A DNA stretch of 64,000 bases from an uncultured Acidobacteriota bacterium (GTDB lineage: Bacteria; Acidobacteriota; Thermoanaerobaculia; UBA5066; Gp7-AA6). The DNA lies in contig CAVXTP010000024.1 in NCBI GenBank assembly GCA_963764715.1, positions 18,743 to 82,742 of the forward strand, in the 5' to 3' direction. The position numbers and the translations under genes are program-made. Below are positions 9,160 through 19,418 of the stretch, in pieces. A model generated the notes under the pieces. It was not told where the DNA came from. It did not search any database and saw only the letters and a program-made list of their open reading frames with translations. How positions within the stretch are numbered: the first letter of the stretch is position 1; each line of letters starts with the position of its first letter.

Positions 9160-10065
9160 TCAGTGGCCCGGCTCCGGGGCCTCGGGCTCGGGCACGATCT
9201 CTTCCTCGGTGCCGACGGAGAACTTCTTGTAGTCGGAGTACTCCGAAAAGATGTCGACGCGGGTGCTGAAGACCAGAAGCGCCTTCGCCGCGCCGGTGAA
9301 GCGCGCTTCGGTGGGGAGCCAGATCTCGCCGTTGATTTTGCGGCGCTGGAAGTAGGCGCTCGCTCCCTTCTGCAGACGGGCGACCCGGATCGGACCGACG
9401 CCGAGCGTGTCGAGCAGGCGCGCCTCCAGGCGCACGAGCTGCCGGTCCTCCTCGTCGATCCAGGCCTGGCCCGACAGCTTCTGGATGACCTTGCCGCCCT
9501 CGGTGACCGGTTTGAAGCCCGGCTTCGGCTCGAACTCGACGATGATCGTCGGCCGGCCGTCGACGACCTCGCGCCCGACGATCCGGATCTCGTCCATCCG
9601 GAAGACCTCGTCGACCACCGCCTGCTCCTCCTGCCGCTTCTCTTCCTCCTTCGCCCGCCGGCGGGCACGGGCGGCCTCGTCTTCCTCGGCGCGCCGGCGC
9701 GCGCGTTTCTCCGTCTTCTCCTCCTGCTTGCGGTCCTGCTCGGCGAGCTCTTTCTCGGTGAGCTTCTGCCCGTCGCGCGCCACGAGCCGGCGATAGAGGC
9801 GGCCGGCCTCGGCCGACGGATAGACCTCGTAAGTCTCGACCTTGGTCTTCTTGACGGCGCCCTTCGAGTCGAGCTTCTTCTCGGTGTAGACCTCGCTGAA
9901 GGTGTATTGCTCGAGGAGCGTGTTGTCGCTGCGGAGGTTCTGGCGGACTTCGTCGAGAAACGTGCGGGTGTCCGGGAGCGGGGGCGCGGAGGTTTCCTGG
10001 GCGAGCGCCGCGGCCACAGAGAGCGCAAAAGACGCGGCCAGAACGGGGACTCGGACCTTCCTCAT
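9160..10065 (-). CDS. Secreted hypothetical protein (LolA/lipoprotein-sorting-like fold suspected)
   Basis: Signal peptide, YTFSEVYTEKKLD, charged coil, GQAWIDEEDRQLVRLEA, WLP, YSDYKKF. Confidence 0.75.
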   Translation of the reverse strand: MRKVRVPVLAASFALSVAAALAQETSAPPLPDTRTFLDEVRQNLRSDNTLLEQYTFSEVYTEKKLDSKGAVKKTKVETYEVYPSAEAGRLYRRLVARDGQKLTEKELAEQDRKQEEKTEKRARRRAEEDEAARARRRAKEEEKRQEEQAVVDEVFRMDEIRIVGREVVDGRPTIIVEFEPKPGFKPVTEGGKVIQKLSGQAWIDEEDRQLVRLEARLLDTLGVGPIRVARLQKGASAYFQRRKINGEIWLPTEARFTGAAKALLVFSTRVDIFSEYSDYKKFSVGTEEEIVPEPEAPEPGH

Positions 10066-10163
10066 CAGTTTGCGGAACACGGGGGAAAAGACGGGGAATT
10101 CCCGGGCGGATGATCCAGACGCATTACGGGAAACTCGGCGGCCTGCATATAATCCTGACCCGG

Positions 10164-10826
10164 ATGCATCAGCCGCGAGAGTTCATCGGGTCGTCCATCG
10201 GTCGCAAGGTCGTCATGGCCGTCACCGGCGCCGTCCTCTTCGGCTTCGTCCTGGTCCACATGCTCGGCAACCTCCAGGTCTACCTGGGGCCCGAGTCGCT
10301 GAATGCCTACGGCGAGTTTCTCCGGCATCTTCTCCACGGGGCCGGGATCTGGATGTTCCGGGCCGTGCTGCTTCTCGCGGTGGTCCTGCACATCTGGTCG
10401 GCGACCTCCCTGACGCTGACGAGCCGCCGGGCCCGGCCGATCGCTTACCGCGAGCAGAAGTGGAAGGAGTCGACCTACGCCTCCCGCACGATGCGCTGGA
10501 GCGGGGTCATCCTCTTCTTCTTCATCGTGTACCACCTGATGCACTTCACGATCGGCAACGCCCACCCGAGCTTCATCGAGGGCGACGTCTACCACAACTT
10601 CGTCTCCGGGTTCCGGAGTGTCCCGGTTTCGATCGTCTACATCGTCGCGATGGTCCTGCTCGGGCTCCATCTCCGCCACGGCGTCTGGAGCATGTTCCAG
10701 ACGCTCGGCGTCTCGCACCCGCGGTACATCGCGATGGCGAAGACGGGAGCATGGATCTTCGCCGCCATCATCGTGCTCGGCAACATCTCGTTCCCGCTGG
10801 CCGTGCTCGCGGGGATCATCCGGTGA
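10164..10826 (+). CDS. sdhC: Succinate dehydrogenase/fumarate reductase cytochrome b558 subunit
   Basis: [39 protein letters not shown]; upstream of sdhA; alternative start 10110. Confidence 0.92.
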   Translation: MHQPREFIGSSIGRKVVMAVTGAVLFGFVLVHMLGNLQVYLGPESLNAYGEFLRHLLHGAGIWMFRAVLLLAVVLHIWSATSLTLTSRRARPIAYREQKWKESTYASRTMRWSGVILFFFIVYHLMHFTIGNAHPSFIEGDVYHNFVSGFRSVPVSIVYIVAMVLLGLHLRHGVWSMFQTLGVSHPRYIAMAKTGAWIFAAIIVLGNISFPLAVLAGIIR

Positions 10827-10845
10827 CCGGAGGAGAAACCAGGCC

Positions 10846-12759
10846 GTGAAACTCGACTCCAACGTCCCCTCCGGGCCCCTCGAGAAGCAGTGGGACAAGC
10901 ACCGCTTCGAGATGAAGCTCGTCAACCCCGCCAACAAGCGCAAGTACACGGTCATCATGGTCGGGTCGGGCCTGGCGGGCGCGGGCGGCGCGGCCTCCAT
11001 GGCGGAGCTCGGCTACAACGTCAAGTGCTTCTGCTACCAGGACTCCCCCCGGCGGGCGCACTCGATCGCCGCCCAGGGCGGCATCAACGCCGCGAAGAAC
11101 TACCACAACGACGGCGACAGCATCCGGCGGCTCTTCTACGACACGATCAAGGGCGGGGACTTCCGGGCGCGCGAGTCCAACGTCTACCGGCTGGCGCAGG
11201 TCTCGGTCGACATCATCGACCAGTGCGTCGCGCTCGGCGTGCCCTTCGCCCGCGAGTACGGCGGCCTCCTCGACAACCGCTCCTTCGGCGGGGCCCAGGT
11301 CTCGCGGACCTTCTACGCCCGCGGGCAGACGGGCCAGCAGCTGCTGCTGGGCGCGTACCAGGCGCTCGAGCGGCAGGTCGGCCTGGGCTCGGTCGAGATG
11401 TACCCGCGCCACGAGATGCTGGAGCTCGTGGTCGTCGACGGCCGCGCGCGCGGCGTCGTGGTGCGCGACATGGTCACCGGCGCGATCCAGACACACATGG
11501 CCGACGCCGTGTGCCTGGCGACCGGCGGCTACGGCAACGTCTTCTACCTCGCGACCTACGCCAAGGGCTGCAACGGGACGGCGATCTGGCGCGCGTACAA
11601 GAAGGGCGCCGCCTTCGCCAACCCCTGCTTCACGCAGATCCACCCGACCTGCATCCCGGTCACCGGCGAGTACCAGTCCAAGTTGACCCTGATGTCCGAG
11701 TCGCTCCGAAACGACGGCCGCATCTGGGTGCCGAAGGCCAAGGGCGACAAGCGGCCGCCGGGCGAGATTCCGGAAGAGGAGCGCGACTACTACCTCGAGC
11801 GCATGTACCCGAGCTTCGGGAACCTCGCGCCGCGCGACATCTCCTCGCGGGCCGCCAAGAAGGTCTGCGACGAGGGCCGCGGCGTCGGGCCCACGGGATT
11901 CGGCGTCTACCTGGACTTCCAGGACGCCATCGAGCGTCTGGGCAAGAACAAGATCGAAGAGAAGTACGGCAACCTCTTCGAGATGTACGAGCGCATAACC
12001 GACGAGAACCCGTACGCGGTCCCGATGCGGATCTACCCCGCCAGCCACTACACGATGGGCGGCCTGTGGGTGGACTACAACCTGATGAGCACGATCCCGG
12101 GGCTCTTCGTCCTCGGCGAGGCCAACTTCTCCGATCACGGAGCCAATCGCCTCGGCGCGTCGGCGCTGATGCAGGGACTGGCCGACGGGTACTTCGTCAT
12201 CCCGTACACGATCGGCAACTATCTCGCCCGGGAGAAGTTCGAGAAGGTCCCCGAGAGCCACCCCGAGGTCGTCGCCGCCGAGGCCGCCGTCGCCGCGCGC
12301 ACGAAGCGCCTGCTCGCGGTCAAGGGACGCCGGACGGCGACCTCCTTCCATCGCGAGCTCGGCAAACTCATGTGGGACCACTGCGGCATGGCCCGCGACA
12401 AGAAGGGCCTCGAGCACGCTCTGGGCAAGATCCCGGGCCTGCGCGAGGAGTTCTGGAAGAACGTGAACGTCCCGGGCTCCGGCCAGGAGCTGAACCAGAC
12501 CCTCGAGGCCGCCGGCCGCGTGGCCGACTTCCTCGAGCTCGGCGAACTCATGTGCCTCGACGCGCTCGAGCGGGACGAGTCCTGCGGCAGCCACTTCCGC
12601 CTCGAGCACCAGATGGCGGACGGCGAGGCGAAGCGGAACGACAAGGACTTCTGCCACGTGGCCGCATGGGAGTACACCGGCGACGGGAAGAAGCCCGAGC
12701 GGCACACCGAGCCCCTGACCTACGAGAACGTCGAGCTCGCCGTCCGGAGCTACAAATGA
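10846..12759 (+). CDS. sdhA: Succinate dehydrogenase/fumarate reductase flavoprotein
   Basis: [20 protein letters not shown] covalent-FAD motif, [17 protein letters not shown]; GGAG RBS. Confidence 0.96.
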   Translation: MKLDSNVPSGPLEKQWDKHRFEMKLVNPANKRKYTVIMVGSGLAGAGGAASMAELGYNVKCFCYQDSPRRAHSIAAQGGINAAKNYHNDGDSIRRLFYDTIKGGDFRARESNVYRLAQVSVDIIDQCVALGVPFAREYGGLLDNRSFGGAQVSRTFYARGQTGQQLLLGAYQALERQVGLGSVEMYPRHEMLELVVVDGRARGVVVRDMVTGAIQTHMADAVCLATGGYGNVFYLATYAKGCNGTAIWRAYKKGAAFANPCFTQIHPTCIPVTGEYQSKLTLMSESLRNDGRIWVPKAKGDKRPPGEIPEEERDYYLERMYPSFGNLAPRDISSRAAKKVCDEGRGVGPTGFGVYLDFQDAIERLGKNKIEEKYGNLFEMYERITDENPYAVPMRIYPASHYTMGGLWVDYNLMSTIPGLFVLGEANFSDHGANRLGASALMQGLADGYFVIPYTIGNYLAREKFEKVPESHPEVVAAEAAVAARTKRLLAVKGRRTATSFHRELGKLMWDHCGMARDKKGLEHALGKIPGLREEFWKNVNVPGSGQELNQTLEAAGRVADFLELGELMCLDALERDESCGSHFRLEHQMADGEAKRNDKDFCHVAAWEYTGDGKKPERHTEPLTYENVELAVRSYK

Positions 12760-13538
12760 AGATCACGCTGAAGATCTGGCGGCAGAAGGACGCGAAGGCC
12801 CCGGGCGGCTTCGTCACCTACGACGCGACGGACGTCAACGAGGAGATGTCGTTTCTCGAGATGCTCGACGTCGTCAACGAGGGCCTCATCGGGAAGGGCG
12901 AGGACCCGATCGCGTTCGACCACGACTGCCGGGAGGGCATCTGCGGCACCTGCGGCGTCGTGATCAACGGCCGGGCGCACGGCCCGAAGACCCGCACGAC
13001 CGCCTGCCAGCTCCACATGCGGAGCTTTTCGGACGGCGACGTCCTGACGATCGAGCCGTGGCGCGCGGGGGCTTTCCCCGTCATCAAGGACCTCGTCGTC
13101 GACCGCAGCGCCTTCGACCGGATCATCGCGGCTGGCGGCTTCATCTCCGCCGCGATCGGCGGCGCGCCCGACGGCAACGCGATTCCGATCCCCAAGGAAA
13201 ACGCGGACCTCGCGATGGACGCCGCGGCCTGCATCGGCTGCGGCGCCTGCGTCGCCGCCTGCCCCAACGCGTCCGCCATGCTCTTCGTGTCGGCCAAGAT
13301 CTCGCAGCTCGCGCTCCTGCCGCAGGGGCAGCCCGAACGCCCCGACCGGGCGCGCACCATGGTCGCGCAGATGGACGCGGAGCGCTTCGGCACCTGCACG
13401 AACCACGGCGAGTGCGAGGCGGCCTGCCCCAAGGGCATCCGCATGCAGTTCATCGCCATGATGAACTCCGACTACGTGAAGGCCAAGCTGACCGAGGGCC
13501 GGCGCCCGAGCGGGCTCTCGGACGGCGGCTCGGGATAG
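12756..13538 (+). CDS. sdhB: Succinate dehydrogenase/fumarate reductase iron-sulfur subunit
   Basis: [35 protein letters not shown]; ATGA overlap. Confidence 0.96.
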   Translation: MKITLKIWRQKDAKAPGGFVTYDATDVNEEMSFLEMLDVVNEGLIGKGEDPIAFDHDCREGICGTCGVVINGRAHGPKTRTTACQLHMRSFSDGDVLTIEPWRAGAFPVIKDLVVDRSAFDRIIAAGGFISAAIGGAPDGNAIPIPKENADLAMDAAACIGCGACVAACPNASAMLFVSAKISQLALLPQGQPERPDRARTMVAQMDAERFGTCTNHGECEAACPKGIRMQFIAMMNSDYVKAKLTEGRRPSGLSDGGSG

Positions 13539-13550
13539 CGAGGCCGATCC

Positions 13551-14954
13551 TTGACGGACGCGAAGAAGACCCGCACCGAGTCCGACACCATGGGGCCCGT
13601 CGAGGTCGCCGCCGACCGTTACTGGGGCGCGCAGACCGAGCGGTCCCTCCACCACTTCCGGATCGGGCCCGAGCGCTTCCCGCGGGAGCTGATCCGGGCG
13701 CTCGGCATCCTCAAAAAGGCGGCGGCCGTGGTCAACCGGGACCGCGGGGCGCTGCCCGCCGAGAAGGCCGACGCGATCATCCAGGCGGCCGACGAGGTCA
13801 TCGAGGCCAAGCTCGACGACCACTTCCCCCTCTCGGTCTGGCAGACCGGCAGCGGCACGCAGACCAACATGAACGCCAACGAGGTCATCTCCAACCGCGC
13901 GATCGAGATCCTCGGCGGCGTGCTTGGCTCGAAGAAGCCGGTCCACCCCAACGACGACGTCAACAAGAGCCAGTCCTCCAACGACACCTTCCCGACCGCG
14001 ATGTCCATCGCGGCCGTCGAGCAGACGCGCTTCCGGCTCATCCCCGCCGTCCGGAAGCTGCGCGACACGCTCGACCGGAAGGCGAAGGAGTTCGCCGGCA
14101 TCGTCAAGATCGGCCGGACGCACCTCCAGGACGCCGTCCCGATGACGCTCGGCCAGGAGATCTCGGGCTGGGTCTCGCAGCTCGACCATTCGGTCGCCCA
14201 CCTCGAGGACTCCCTGCCGCACCTCCAGGAGCTCGCGCTCGGCGGGACCGCGGTCGGCACGGGCCTGAACGCCCCCGCCGACTTCGGCCCCAGGGTCGCC
14301 GCCGAGATCGCGAAGCTGACCGGGATCCCCTTCGTCACGGCGCCCAACAAGTTCGAGGCGCTGGCCGCGCACGACGCGCTCGTCGCCGGGCACGGCGCCG
14401 TCCGGACGCTCGCCGCGGCGCTCATGAAGATCGCCAACGACGTCCGGTGGCTCGCCTCGGGCCCGCGCTCGGGACTCGCCGAGATCCGGATCCCGGAGAA
14501 CGAGCCGGGCTCCTCGATCATGCCGGGCAAGGTCAACCCGACGCAGTCCGAGGCGCTGACGATGGTCTGCGCCCAGGTCTTCGGCAACGACGTCGCGGTG
14601 ACGGTCGGGGGCGCGTCCGGGAACTTCGAGCTCAACGTCTACAAGCCGCTCATCATCTCGAACTACCTGCGCTCGGTGCACCTGCTCGCCGACGCGTGCG
14701 AGTCGTTCGAGGAGCACTGCGCCCGCGGCATCGAGCCCGACCACGAGAAGATCAAGGAGCACGTCGGGCGATCGCTGATGCTCGTCACGGCGCTGGCGCC
14801 CCGGATCGGCTACGACAAGGCCGCGGCGATCGCCAAGAAGGCGCACAAGGAGGGCTCGACCCTCCGGGAAGCGGCGCTCTCCCTGGGCTACCTCACAGCC
14901 GAGGAGTTCGACCGCGACGTCCGTCCCGAGAAGATGGTCGGCCCCGGGGACTGA
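13551..14954 (+). CDS. fumC: Class II fumarate hydratase
   Basis: [37 protein letters not shown]. Confidence 0.97.
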   Translation: MTDAKKTRTESDTMGPVEVAADRYWGAQTERSLHHFRIGPERFPRELIRALGILKKAAAVVNRDRGALPAEKADAIIQAADEVIEAKLDDHFPLSVWQTGSGTQTNMNANEVISNRAIEILGGVLGSKKPVHPNDDVNKSQSSNDTFPTAMSIAAVEQTRFRLIPAVRKLRDTLDRKAKEFAGIVKIGRTHLQDAVPMTLGQEISGWVSQLDHSVAHLEDSLPHLQELALGGTAVGTGLNAPADFGPRVAAEIAKLTGIPFVTAPNKFEALAAHDALVAGHGAVRTLAAALMKIANDVRWLASGPRSGLAEIRIPENEPGSSIMPGKVNPTQSEALTMVCAQVFGNDVAVTVGGASGNFELNVYKPLIISNYLRSVHLLADACESFEEHCARGIEPDHEKIKEHVGRSLMLVTALAPRIGYDKAAAIAKKAHKEGSTLREAALSLGYLTAEEFDRDVRPEKMVGPGD

Positions 14955-14956
14955 CG

Positions 14957-15430
14957 GTGCCCGAACACTCTTCCATCTTCACCTCGGTCCACGTCGACTC
15001 TCTCCTCCTCGCCTCGGGGCGGCTCGCGTTCGCCGCCGTGCTCGGGGCCGTGCTCGGCTTCCAGCGCGAGCGCGTCCACAGCGCGGCCGGACTGCGGACG
15101 CACATCCTCGTCGCCGCCGGATCGGCGCTCATCGTGCTCTCCGGCATCCAGTCGGGCTTCAACACGGGCGATTCGAGCCGCGTCATCCAGGGCGTCGTGG
15201 CCGGGATCGGGTTCCTCGGCGCCGGGACGATCCTGAAGCTCGGCGACCGCGTCGAGGTGCACGGCCTGACGACCGCCGCCAGCATCTGGCTGACGGCCGG
15301 CGTCGGCGTCGCGGCCGGCCTCGGCCATTTCTGGCTGCCGGTCGTCGCCGCGCTGATCGGCTGGCTGATCCTCGGGCCCCTCGCCCGCCTGGAAAAGGCT
15401 CACCCCGGCGCCGGCCCGCCGCGCAGCTGA
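14957..15430 (+). CDS. MgtC/SapB family membrane protein
   Basis: AAGLRTHILV, SRVIQGVVAGIGFLGAGTI, VHGLTTAASIW. Confidence 0.9.
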   Translation: MPEHSSIFTSVHVDSLLLASGRLAFAAVLGAVLGFQRERVHSAAGLRTHILVAAGSALIVLSGIQSGFNTGDSSRVIQGVVAGIGFLGAGTILKLGDRVEVHGLTTAASIWLTAGVGVAAGLGHFWLPVVAALIGWLILGPLARLEKAHPGAGPPRS

Positions 15431-15436
15431 GCCGGC

Positions 15437-17290
15437 TCAGCGCAGCAGCGACGCGAGCTTCGTCTCGGCTTCCGCGTGCAGCGTCGGCGGCGCGCCGTAG
15501 AACGCCCCCGCGGCGCGGCCTTCCGCGTCGAAGACGAGGAGCGTCGGCACCGCGCTGACGTCGCCGAACGAGCGGACGAGGTCGGGCGGACCGATCACCC
15601 ACGTCAGCGGGAGCTTGAGCTCCGCGACGAGCTTCCGGACCTTCGGCTCCTCGGACTCGATCGCGACGGCCGCGACGACGAGCTTCTCCCCGTACCGCTT
15701 CTTGAGCTCGCCGAGCCAGCCGAGCGTCGCGCGGCAGGGCGGGCACCAGGTCGCCCAGAACTCGACCAGCACGACACGGCCCTCGAGGTCCTGGCGCGAG
15801 ACCGTCTTTCCTTCGAGGTCGGTCAGCGTGACCGCGGGGAAGGCCGCCACCTCGTGGCCCTTCGACGGCGACGCCGCGGCGCGCGCGTCGGCTTTGCGCC
15901 CCGCGAGCAGGAGCTCGATCATCCGGGTCAGATCGCCCTGGAACCGCTCGTGCGCGGCCACGCTCTTGAGGGGCGCGTAGCGCCCGCCCTCCTCCTTCTC
16001 CCCTTTCCCGTAGAAGCCGAAATCGTTGGGGGTCGCGACGAGCACGTCGTCGACGAAGATCGCGGGATAGCGCGTCACGCCGAAGCGCTTCGCGAGAGCC
16101 GAGTCGCCGTAGTTCTCCGAGACGAAGCGGGCCTTCCCTCCGAACTTCTGGACGACGCTCCGGGCCAGCAAACTTGCCGGGTCGGAGAGGTTTCAGGTGT
16201 AAGGCCAGCGGACGAGCGTCACGGTCACGGTCGCGGGCGGCGTCGCGGGGCGCGGCCGGGCGGGCTCGAGCGCCGCGAAGTACCGGGGAAGGACTTCGGC
16301 GACGACGGCCGAGGCCTGCGCGGGAGAGGCGCCGGCGGCCGCGGAGGCCGCGTCCGCCTCGCCCGCCTCCAGGAAGATCCGGCCGATGCTCTGGTCGACC
16401 CCGCCGGACTCGGAGAGTCGGGGACGGAGCTCCGCCAGCCTCGCCTTCGCCTGCCCGGCCGTCAGCTCCCGGACCTTTCCGGTCAGCGGGGCGACCCGCA
16501 GCACGGCCTGGAGGTACCGGAGCATCGTGCCGTAGGCCAGACCGGCGGCATCGAGCTCGCGCGCCTCCTTGAGGGTGGAGCTCGCGGTGATGAAGTCGCG
16601 GTGCCGGTCGATCGAGGCCGGCGGCCGGTACGCCGACAGGAGCTCGCCCTCGAGCGCGTCGAGCTCGGCCTGGAGGCTCCGCATCGGGGGCGGCCGCAGG
16701 CTCGAGGGTGTCGAGAGCGTCCGGCAGAAGGCGCCGAGGTCGCGCTGGGCGCGGGCGACCCCGAGGTAATAGAAGCCGACTTCGGGCATCGTGTTGCGCT
16801 CGTACTCGAGGCTCGCGTCGTAGAAGACGCGGACGGCCGGGACCGAGGCCTCGCCGACCGCGCGCACGGCCGCCGGCGTCACGCCGTCGAGGGCCTTCGC
16901 CGACGGAGCGCCGAGGTCCTTCGCGAGCTCCTGTCCCGTCCGCTTCCAGGCGTCCTCGAACGCGGCGTCGCTGTTGCGTTCGGCCGCAGGCAGCGATCCG
17001 AGGTACTTCGACGCCTCGAGGTCCGGCTGCACGCTCGCCAGGCGCTGGAGCGCGAGGAGGCGGCGGCCGCCCTGCATGGCCTCCTCGACGCGCCCCATCG
17101 CCGGCTCGGCGCCCTGCTTGATCTGGAGCCACATGTCGTCCTTCGACGCGTTCGACTTCAAGTAGGCCGACCAGCTCTGGATCGCGGCGGCGAGCGGATC
17201 GGCCGCGTGCGGCGGCGACGCGGCGATCGAGGCGAGGGAGGCGGTGGCGACGACCGCCGCGGCGAGAAGGACGAGACGGGCCGGACGCAT
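15437..17290 (-). CDS. Predicted exported selenoprotein: helical N-domain + thioredoxin-like UxxS domain + TlpA-like WCPPC domain
   Basis: In-frame TGA 16195-16193 joins ...VTVTLVRWPYT-U-NLSDPASLLARSVVQKFGG... to ORF 15437..16171; SECIS-like hairpin follows; signal peptide MRPARLVLLAAAVVATASLASIAA (alternative start 17353, ATGA-coupled). Confidence 0.82.
16158..16192 (-). promoter_or_regulatory. Bacterial SECIS-like stem-loop
   Basis: UGA-aaccu-CUCCG-ac-CCGGCA-aguu-UGCUGG-cc-CGGAG; apical loop starts 19 nt after UGA with G in the second position. Confidence 0.75.
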
Positions 17291-17349
17291 CGCGGCCCGG
17301 AGCATGGCACGGGAGGCCGCGGCGAATCGCCGGGCGACCCCTGAGGATC

Positions 17350-18270
17350 TCATCGGGAAGTCATTGGCGCGCCGGCCAGGCGCTGGAGCTCGGCCGACTC
17401 GAGGGCCCGGACCTCGGCCGGCGTCAGCGCCGCGAGCTGCTCGAGCGTGCGGGTCTTCCCGGCCTCGCTCGCGATCCGGTAGCCCAGCGCGTAGCCCGAT
17501 CGCGAGGGAATGTCGAGCTCGGCGCCGCCGAGGAAGAAGCGCGCGTAGTCCTCGCGCTTCGTGCTGTCGAGCAGCCGCAGGATCTCGGCCGCCAGACCGG
17601 GGATCATCGTGTCGGGGACCGACGGCATGCAGCAGATCTGCGAAACCGACAGCTTCGGATTGAGCCGCCGGCTGACATAGGTCGCGAGGCCCTCGCTCCA
17701 GAGCGCCCAGCCGACCGTCTCCGGGTCCTCGGCCACGATCTCGCCGTGGTAGACGTGGAAGAGCTCGTGCACGACGAGGGGCGAGAGCTCCTCCTCGAGC
17801 CGCGCGATGACGTCGAGACCGAACATGAGGGCCGACTTCCCGTCCACGTCGCGCGTCGCGCCGTCGAAGGCGCCCGCCGAGTAGACGAAGTAGACGGGCG
17901 TCGAGCACCGGAACCGCGGAAACGCTTTGCGGAACGCGTCGAGCTCCCCCGGCAGCTCGGCCGAGAGTCGTGCGGAGAGGTCCCGCATCGAGGCCTCGAT
18001 CGCCGGCACCGTCTCGAACGACGTCGGGACGAATTCCGCCGGGGGCTTGCGCGCGCCCTGGAAGACGCCTTCGTACACGGCTCCGTTGGGCTTGCGGACG
18101 AGCTCCTCGAAGAGGCGGTACTGCTCGGCGGGGGCCTGGCCGCGGGCCTGTCCCCAGAACGTCCAGAACGCGGGCATGAGGTCCGCCGTGCGGCAGCCGG
18201 GCGCCGGGGGGGACGGCGACGCGAGGGCCGCCGCGAGGAGGATCGACGGGACGAGCGGAAGCGGAGTCAC
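17350..18270 (-). CDS. Secreted putative Zn-dependent protease (DUF2268-like)
   Basis: Signal peptide; VVHELFHVYH HExxH, WSEGLATY, RSGYALGY. Confidence 0.8.
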   Translation of the reverse strand: MTPLPLVPSILLAAALASPSPPAPGCRTADLMPAFWTFWGQARGQAPAEQYRLFEELVRKPNGAVYEGVFQGARKPPAEFVPTSFETVPAIEASMRDLSARLSAELPGELDAFRKAFPRFRCSTPVYFVYSAGAFDGATRDVDGKSALMFGLDVIARLEEELSPLVVHELFHVYHGEIVAEDPETVGWALWSEGLATYVSRRLNPKLSVSQICCMPSVPDTMIPGLAAEILRLLDSTKREDYARFFLGGAELDIPSRSGYALGYRIASEAGKTRTLEQLAALTPAEVRALESAELQRLAGAPMTSR

Positions 18271-18306
18271 GCCCTCACATACGAGGGCACGACGGAGAAG
18301 TTCGGC

Positions 18307-18666
18307 TCAGGCGCCGTGCGGCGCGCGAGGGCGGCGGATCCGATGAACGGCCACGAGCAGGAGCGCGGTCGCACCCGTCACCCAGGGCAGCCAGCGCTTG
18401 CCGGCCTCGACGTAGAGCCAGGTCATCGCGGCGATGACGACGGCCTCGAGCACCAGGAAGAGGGCTTCCATGTGCGGGAAGCGCGGCTCGAGCCTCCGGT
18501 GCAGGGCCGTCCCGGCGAAGACGACGATCCCCGCGCCGACGAAGAGCGCGACGAAGAGGGCGTGCTCGGGCCAGTGGTCGGCTTTCGCGACTCCTTTCAG
18601 CACGAACACCACGCCGAGAAGGGCATGTCCGAGCGACGTCATCCGCTCCTGCAGCTTCACGTTCAC
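18307..18666 (-). CDS. Small 4-TM membrane hypothetical protein
   Basis: Four hydrophobic segments; GTGA overlap with upstream stop at 18663. Confidence 0.7.
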   Translation of the reverse strand: MNVKLQERMTSLGHALLGVVFVLKGVAKADHWPEHALFVALFVGAGIVVFAGTALHRRLEPRFPHMEALFLVLEAVVIAAMTWLYVEAGKRWLPWVTGATALLLVAVHRIRRPRAPHGA

Positions 18667-19418
18667 GGCGCCCTCCACTTCGCGAGGGCCGCGGCCGCGC
18701 CCTCCTGCATCGCCCGGGCGTCGTCCGGCGGAACGCTCAGCGGCGCGCCGCCCGCCGCCGGAAGCTTCGACGGGAGACCCACCGGGGATCGGCCGTAGAG
18801 AAGGCCGTAGAACGTGAGCGCGGCGACGTAGGTTCCGGCCGGCGTGGGATGGAGTCCGTCGGGCGAGTAGAGCGCCAGCGTCGGATCCTTCTTCCGGGCT
18901 TCGCGCCACGCCTCTCCCGCCGGGCACAGCAGGCCTCCGACCTGCTTCGCCGCGCCGGCGTAGGACTGGACGACGCCGTCGAAATCCTCCGGCCGGCTCG
19001 TCGACGGCCAGACCATATAGAGCACGGGGCGCGCTCCGACCGCGCGGATCGCCTTCGCGAATTGGTCCGCGTAGGCGCGCAGGACGGTGATCCCGTCCGA
19101 GGAGGCCGAGGGGCCCTGCTGGAGCACCACGTAGTCCCAGCCCCCTTGGGCGATCGCCTTCTGCGCGTCTCCCTGGTTCCACTGGTCTTCGAGGCTGAAG
19201 CCCGGGCCCGTCACCGCGCGGACGAAGGGCCGCGGCTCGCCCGCCGCCTCAGCCAGAGAGCGGAACATGGCGGGCAGGTCGTTGAAGTAGGTCAGGCTGT
19301 TGCCGATGAAGAGAACGTGGATCGGGGCCCGGACCTCCTCGTCCGCGCGCTCCTGGCCGAGCGCGGCGCCCGTCGCCGCGGCGAGGGCGAGGACGACGGC
19401 GAGCCGGCGGCGCCTCAA
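18663..19418 (-). CDS. Secreted SGNH/GDSL-type hydrolase (DUF4886-like)
   Basis: VLFIGNSLT, WDYVVLQQ, DGLHPT; TTGA overlap. Confidence 0.85.
   Translation of the reverse strand: MRRRRLAVVLALAAATGAALGQERADEEVRAPIHVLFIGNSLTYFNDLPAMFRSLAEAAGEPRPFVRAVTGPGFSLEDQWNQGDAQKAIAQGGWDYVVLQQGPSASSDGITVLRAYADQFAKAIRAVGARPVLYMVWPSTSRPEDFDGVVQSYAGAAKQVGGLLCPAGEAWREARKKDPTLALYSPDGLHPTPAGTYVAALTFYGLLYGRSPVGLPSKLPAAGGAPLSVPPDDARAMQEGAAAALAKWRAP

Noticed and set aside
15437-16171. Stand-alone TlpA gene starting at TTG 16171
   Set aside because: The start falls inside a thioredoxin fold with no RBS; better explained as the post-UGA part of the selenoprotein.
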